This document shows, piece by piece, positions 10,401 through 14,981 of a stretch of DNA of 14,981 nt; the stretch's first letter is position 1, and every line of letters begins with the position of its first letter. The position numbers and the translations under genes are program-made. The notes below the pieces were generated by a model that had not been told where the DNA came from, ran no database searches, and saw only the letters and a program-made list of their open reading frames with translations. Location: assembly GCA_043800755.1 (NCBI GenBank), contig JAZDMQ010000124.1, forward strand, positions 1-14,981, written 5' to 3'. The DNA comes from a bacterium. GTDB lineage: Bacteria; Methylomirabilota; Methylomirabilia; CAVQYV01.

Positions 10401-11587
10401 TCTACGGGGCGAGGATCAAGGTGGAAGAGGGAAGTTCGGTCTCGGCTGGCGACGTGTTGATGGAATGGGATCCCTTCACCATGGCCATTCTGGCGGAAAA
10501 CAGCGGCCGGGTGGTATTACGGGATGTCATTGAAGGGGTGACCATGAGGGAAGAGGTGGATGAGGTAACCGGCCTCAGACAGAAGGTTATCATGGAACAC
10601 CAGAGAGAGGAGCTCCAATCCCGGATCTCGGTGAAGGACGAATCGAATCGCACCATTTTCAAATGCCTGCTGCCTGCCGGCGCCCATCTCATGGTGTCTG
10701 ATGGGCAAATGGTCTCCGGAGGCGAAGCGATCGCCAAGATGCCACGGGAGACCACCAAGACCAAGGATATCACCGGAGGCCTTCCCCGGGTAGCGGAGCT
10801 CTTTGAGGCACGGCATCCCAAGGAGGCAGCGGTCATCTGTGAGATCGATGGAAGGGTGGAGCTTCCCCCGGGATACGTCAAGGGAATGAGGAAGGTGATC
10901 ATTCGCAATGAGAACGGGTCCCTCAAGGAATATCTGATCCCCCGGGGCAAGCATCTCAACGTCCTGGAGGGAGATGAGGTAAGGGCAGGAGAGCCCCTGA
11001 TGGATGGTCCTATCAACCCCCACGATATCCTGGATGTATTGGGAGAACAGGAGCTGCAGAGCTACCTGGTGAATGAGATCCAGCAGGTTTATCGCCTGCA
11101 AGGGGTGCAGATTAATGACAAACACATCGAGGTCATCGTCCGGCAGATGCTCAAACGAGTGAGGATCGAGAGCGTGGGGGATACCACATTTGTCTTGGGG
11201 GAGAACGTGAACAGGTTCGAGTTCCAAAGGGAAAATCAGAGGGTACAAGTCCAGGGTGGCACCCCCGCGACCGCCAAGCCCCTGCTCTTGGGGATTACCA
11301 AGGCTTCCCTCTCTACCGACAGTTTCATCTCCGCGGCCTCGTTCCAGGAGACGACCAAGGTCCTCACGGAGGCGAGCATCAATGGGGCGGTCGATTATCT
11401 GAGAGGCCTGAAAGAGAATGTGATCATGGGGAGGCTGATCCCTGCCGGCACAGGAGTGAAAGGATATCGTGATACCCGAATCCTGGTATCGGAGGCCCCG
11501 AAGGTGCTGGAGGTGAAGGAGGCGGAGGCAGAGCCGGTGAGGGAGGAGGAGCCGGAGGTCTTGGAAGAGGTAGAGGCGCGGATCTAA
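7478..11587 (+). CDS. rpoC: DNA-directed RNA polymerase subunit beta'
   Basis: 1369 aa. Zinc finger CNCGKY..CDKCG, catalytic NADFDGD, bridge helix [26 protein letters not shown] start 7 nt after TAAGGAGGT. Confidence 0.99.
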   Translation: MDRFFGFFDEKPIDPTGFRAFRIGIASPEKIRSWSSGEVKKPETINYRTFKPERDGLFCAKIFGPTKDWECNCGKYKGMKHRGVVCDKCGVEITRSKTRRQRLGHIELASPVSHVWFFKALPSRIGYLLDMSLRDLEKILYFEEYVVIDPGNTPLKKKELLSEDRYRKIREEFGDGFVAEMGAEAIRSLLQEVNLDVLSVELRAQIEKETSQQTKKKITKRLRIVEAFQGSGNRPEWMVLEVLPVLPPELRPLVPLDGGRFATSDLNDLYRRVINRNNRLKRLQELRAPEVIIRNEKRMLQEAVDALFDNGRRGRALKGQNNRPLKSLSDMLKGKQGRFRQNLLGKRVDYSGRSVVVVGPELRLHQCGLPKKMALELFKPFIFNRLLKSSEQAATIKSAKKMVERGRPEVWDALEEVIKEHPVLLNRAPTLHRLGIQAFEPVLVEGEAIRIHPLVCAAFNADFDGDQMAVHVPLSPEAQLEASLLMLSPNNILSPANGMPLATPSQDIVLGCYYLTKFRLGEKGEGKVFSDIDEVRAAYDSEEIGLLAKVKVRMGGGLVETTVGRVIFNEHLPPALGFINQEMNKRELNRLVAQCYYLLGKSETVKLLDALKDLGFRYATLSGLSIGIDDMHIPSNKGELIGEAEAEVKKIEREYQDGLITKGERYNKIIDIWTHVTDRVSDEMFRELEGQKDGEFNPIFMMADSGSRGSRQQIRQLAGMRGLMAKPSGEIIETPITTNFREGLSVLEYFISTHGARKGLADTALKTADSGYLTRRLVDVAQDMIVCERDCKTLNGIYVGPLVEGGEIIEPLRDRVLGRVALEDIRDPFTGEIIVEANQEIIEPLAGKIENAGVDRVRIRSALTCEVERGVCVLCYGRNLATGRMVEIGEAVGVIAAQSIGEPGTQLTMRTFHIGGIASRVVEQTVLESKFSGTVKYQDLRTVKTAAGDLVVMNRNGSILIMDEQGRKKEQYQAVYGARIKVEEGSSVSAGDVLMEWDPFTMAILAENSGRVVLRDVIEGVTMREEVDEVTGLRQKVIMEHQREELQSRISVKDESNRTIFKCLLPAGAHLMVSDGQMVSGGEAIAKMPRETTKTKDITGGLPRVAELFEARHPKEAAVICEIDGRVELPPGYVKGMRKVIIRNENGSLKEYLIPRGKHLNVLEGDEVRAGEPLMDGPINPHDILDVLGEQELQSYLVNEIQQVYRLQGVQINDKHIEVIVRQMLKRVRIESVGDTTFVLGENVNRFEFQRENQRVQVQGGTPATAKPLLLGITKASLSTDSFISAASFQETTKVLTEASINGAVDYLRGLKENVIMGRLIPAGTGVKGYRDTRILVSEAPKVLEVKEAEAEPVREEEPEVLEEVEARI

Positions 11588-11615
11588 AAAATCGGGGTAG
11601 AGGGCCAAAAAGGTC

Positions 11616-11643
11616 TTGACAATTTTGGAACAATTGGTATTAT
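11616..11643 (+). promoter_or_regulatory. Sigma70-type promoter of the str (rpsL-rpsG-fusA-tuf) operon
   Basis: Consensus -35 TTGACA (11616-11621), 16-bp spacer, extended -10 TG-G-TATTAT (11635-11643), with A-tracts upstream. Confidence 0.8.
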
Positions 11644-11684
11644 GCAAAGGCTTTGAGACGGCCAGAGAAGAAGGAGTAAAGTAA

Positions 11685-12062
11685 TTGCCCACGATCAATC
11701 AACTAATCAATAAGGGTAGATCCAGGATTAAGAAGAAGGTGACCACCCCTGCCTTACAACAGGCACCGCAAAAGAGAGGGGTGTGTGTTAGGGTATACAC
11801 GACTACCCCCAAGAAGCCAAATTCTGCGCTGCGCAAGGTGGCCAGGGTGCGGTTGACCAACGGAATTGAGGTCACCGCCTATATTCCAGGTATTGGTCAC
11901 AACCTCCAAGAGCACTCCATCGTGCTGATTCGGGGCGGCAGGGTGAAGGATCTACCCGGAGTTCGATACCATATCATACGGGGAACCCTGGATACTGCGG
12001 GAGTGAAAGATCGAGGGCAGGGGCGCTCCAAGTATGGGGCGAAGAGGCCGAAGAGTAGTTAG
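11685..12062 (+). CDS. rpsL: 30S ribosomal protein S12
   Basis: [42 protein letters not shown] start 8 nt after AAGGAG. Confidence 0.99.
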   Translation: MPTINQLINKGRSRIKKKVTTPALQQAPQKRGVCVRVYTTTPKKPNSALRKVARVRLTNGIEVTAYIPGIGHNLQEHSIVLIRGGRVKDLPGVRYHIIRGTLDTAGVKDRGQGRSKYGAKRPKSS

Positions 12063-12063
12063 C

Positions 12064-12617
<554 letters not shown>

Positions 12618-12635
12618 AGAGAGGAATCGGATTCG

Positions 12636-14738
12636 ATGGGTCCAGAGAAGGCTCTACCCTTGAAAGCTATCAGAAATATTGGGATCATGGCCCATATCGA
12701 CGCCGGGAAGACGACAACCACCGAGCGTATCCTCTATTACACTGGAAAGACCTATAAGATTGGTGAGGTGGACGATGGGGCGGCGGAGATGGATTGGATG
12801 GAGCAGGAGAAGGAGAGGGGAATCACGATTACCTCAGCCGCTACTACTTGCTTTTGGCGGAATCATCAGATTAACATCTTGGATACCCCGGGCCATGTAG
12901 ACTTCACCGTGGAGGTGGAAAGGGCCCTGCGGGTGTTGGATGGGGCAGTGGCGATTTTCTGCGCGGTAGGAGGAGTGGAGCCCCAATCGGAAACGGTGTG
13001 GAAACAGGCCGACAAATATTTGATCCCTCGCATTACCTATGTGAATAAAATGGACCGGACCGGGGCGGATTTTCATCGGGCAGTGGCGATGATCGGAGAG
13101 AGGCTGGGCTCCAACCCGTTGGTTCTGCAGTTGCCTTTGGGCAGAGAAGAGGATTTCGCAGGGGTGATCGACCTGGTGAGAATGAAGGCGGTCTGCTGGG
13201 ACGATGAATCCTTGGGGGCCGCTTACCACGAGAGAGAGATTCCAGAGACCGTGCGCGAGGAGGCTCACGCTTACCGGGAAAGGCTCATTGAAGCTTTGGC
13301 CGAGGACGATGAGAAACTGACGCAGAAGTACCTGGAGGGAAAGGACCTGACCAGCCGCGAGATACGAGGGGCCATCCGCAAGGCAACCCTCTCTTTGAAA
13401 AAGGTGCCAGTGCTATGCGGGGCTTCTTTCAAGAATAAGGGAGTCCAGCCACTTCTAGACGCCGTCGTGGATTATCTCCCCTCCCCCTCGGATCTTCCCC
13501 CGATCATGGGAGTGAGCCTTTTGACCTCACAGGAAGAAGAGAGGCGTCCCCGAGAGGACGACCCATTTTGTGCCTTGGTTTTCAAGATCATGTCCGATCC
13601 GTATGTGGGTCAGTTGGCCTTTTTCCGAGTCTACTCCGGATATCTGGCCTCGGGTTCTTATGTGTATAATTCCAGCCGGGATAGCCGAGAGAGGGTGGGA
13701 AGACTGCTCCGCATGCATGCCAACAAACGGGAGGCGATCAAGGGCGTGGGTGCGGGAGATATCGCGGCCGCGGTAGGACTGAAAGGGAGTCGCACCGGGG
13801 ATACGCTCTCGGACGAGTCCCATCCGATTATTTTGAGTCCCATTGAGTTTCCACAACCGGTGATCTCAGTGGCCATTGAGCCAAAAGCCAAGGAGGGACA
13901 GGAAAAGCTTTCCCGATCCCTTGGCCTTCTCGCGAATGAGGATCCGACCTTCAAGGCCTATCTTGATGAAGAAACCGGGCAGACGATCATCTGGGGGATG
14001 GGGGAGCTGCACCTGGAGATCATTGTGGACCGGTTGCTGCGGGAATTTAATGTGCAGGCTAATGTGGGGAAACCGCAAGTCGTCTTCCGGGAGGCCATCA
14101 CCGCCGGGGCCGAGGCAGAGGGGCGATTCATCCGGCAGACCGGGGGAAGAGGGCAATATGGCCATGTGCGGCTTCGGGTGGAGCCACTGAAATCCGGAGA
14201 GGGGTGCCAATTCGTCAATGCGGTGGTGGGAGGATCCGTCCCGCGCGAATATGTCGGGGCGGTGGAGAAGGGCGTCAAGGAGGCCATGGGGGCCGGCGTC
14301 CTCGCCGGATATCAGGTGGTGGATGTGAAGGCGACCCTTTTCGATGGTTCCTATCATGAGGTGGATTCCTCGGACATGGCCTTTAAGATCGCGGGCTCGC
14401 TGGCGATGAAGGCGGCAATGAAGAAGGGAAATCCGGTCCTTCTGGAGCCGATCATGAAGGTGACCGTCGTCCTTCCAGATGAGTTCATGGGAGAGGTGAT
14501 AGGGGATTTGAACGCACGCAGGGGTCGGGTGATGAATGTGGAGGCCAAGTTGGCAGCTCAGGTGATAGATGCCGAGGTGCCCCTGGTGGAGATGTTTGGG
14601 TATGCCACGGCCCTTCGTTCGGTTACCCAAGGTCGAGCCACCTATACCATGCAGTTTTCCCGTTATGAGCGGACCCCGCAAAGCATTTCTGAAGAGATCA
14701 TTGCCCGCGTCGGAGGACATCCGGTTCGGGCTCGTTGA
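12636..14738 (+). CDS. fusA: Elongation factor G
   Basis: 700 aa. [56 protein letters not shown]. str operon position. Confidence 0.98.
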   Translation: MGPEKALPLKAIRNIGIMAHIDAGKTTTTERILYYTGKTYKIGEVDDGAAEMDWMEQEKERGITITSAATTCFWRNHQINILDTPGHVDFTVEVERALRVLDGAVAIFCAVGGVEPQSETVWKQADKYLIPRITYVNKMDRTGADFHRAVAMIGERLGSNPLVLQLPLGREEDFAGVIDLVRMKAVCWDDESLGAAYHEREIPETVREEAHAYRERLIEALAEDDEKLTQKYLEGKDLTSREIRGAIRKATLSLKKVPVLCGASFKNKGVQPLLDAVVDYLPSPSDLPPIMGVSLLTSQEEERRPREDDPFCALVFKIMSDPYVGQLAFFRVYSGYLASGSYVYNSSRDSRERVGRLLRMHANKREAIKGVGAGDIAAAVGLKGSRTGDTLSDESHPIILSPIEFPQPVISVAIEPKAKEGQEKLSRSLGLLANEDPTFKAYLDEETGQTIIWGMGELHLEIIVDRLLREFNVQANVGKPQVVFREAITAGAEAEGRFIRQTGGRGQYGHVRLRVEPLKSGEGCQFVNAVVGGSVPREYVGAVEKGVKEAMGAGVLAGYQVVDVKATLFDGSYHEVDSSDMAFKIAGSLAMKAAMKKGNPVLLEPIMKVTVVLPDEFMGEVIGDLNARRGRVMNVEAKLAAQVIDAEVPLVEMFGYATALRSVTQGRATYTMQFSRYERTPQSISEEIIARVGGHPVRAR

Positions 14739-14840
14739 GATCCATCGATCAGATCGGCAATCATTGAGAGGGAAAAGGGGCGGTTCTTTGCTGGACGAGG
14801 GGGAAAGGTCCTCTCTCTTATAGAATGAAGGAGGCTTTTC

Positions 14841-14981
14841 ATGGCCAAACTCAAATTTGAACGCACCAAAGAGCACATGAACGTCGGCACCATTGGCCAC
14901 ATCGACCATGGCAAGACGACCCTGACGGCCGCCATCACCAAGTGCCTGCATAATGTGAATCCCAATGTCCAATTTCGCCCC
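14841..14981 (+). CDS. tuf: Elongation factor Tu, N-terminal fragment (second copy, 3'-truncated by window edge)
   Basis: [47 protein letters not shown] with the P-loop [17 protein letters not shown] at 14828-14834. Not in the ORF track. Confidence 0.97.
   Translation, partial: MAKLKFERTKEHMNVGTIGHIDHGKTTLTAAITKCLHNVNPNVQFRP

Noticed and set aside
3485..11587. Inteins, introns, frameshifts, rpoB-rpoC fusion or split rpoC
   Set aside because: Both ORFs are continuous, of normal length and separated by a stop and a 36-nt spacer; the inserts sit at known lineage-specific positions.
10517..11698. 393-aa minus-strand ORF
   Set aside because: Antisense to rpoC and the str promoter; no protein-family features.
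11800..11960. Streptomycin-resistance changes in S12
   Set aside because: PKKPNSA and RVKDLPG are wild type.
13866..14972. 368-aa minus-strand ORF
   Set aside because: Antisense shadow of fusA and tuf, a common spurious call.

Overview
Core bacterial housekeeping locus, entirely on the + strand: 'tuf (3' end) - rpmG - tRNA-Trp(CCA) - secE - nusG - rplK - rplA - rplJ - rplL - rpoB - rpoC - rpsL - rpsG - fusA - tuf' (5' end). This is the joined tufB/secE/rif/str supercluster, and the window starts and ends inside two directly repeated tuf genes. Several ORF-track starts were corrected using Shine-Dalgarno (SD) spacing and family N-termini (rpmG 139, nusG 685, rplA 1689, rplJ 2419, rplL 3013, rpsG 12147). 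I found no mobile elements, CRISPR arrays or accessory genes, and no evidence of a new protein-coding system. The most interesting signals are cis-regulatory: a structured, possibly two-state RNA between rpsL and rpsG; a hairpin that buries the rpoC TTG start; a terminator-like hairpin between rplJ and rplL; and no room for the usual L10 and L1 autoregulatory leaders. The EF-G is somewhat divergent. The RNA polymerase insertion pattern and EF-Tu N-terminus tentatively suggest a non-proteobacterial lineage such as the Acidobacteriota/Nitrospirota/Methylomirabilota neighbourhood. All RNA structures were paired by eye, and no folding energies were computed.
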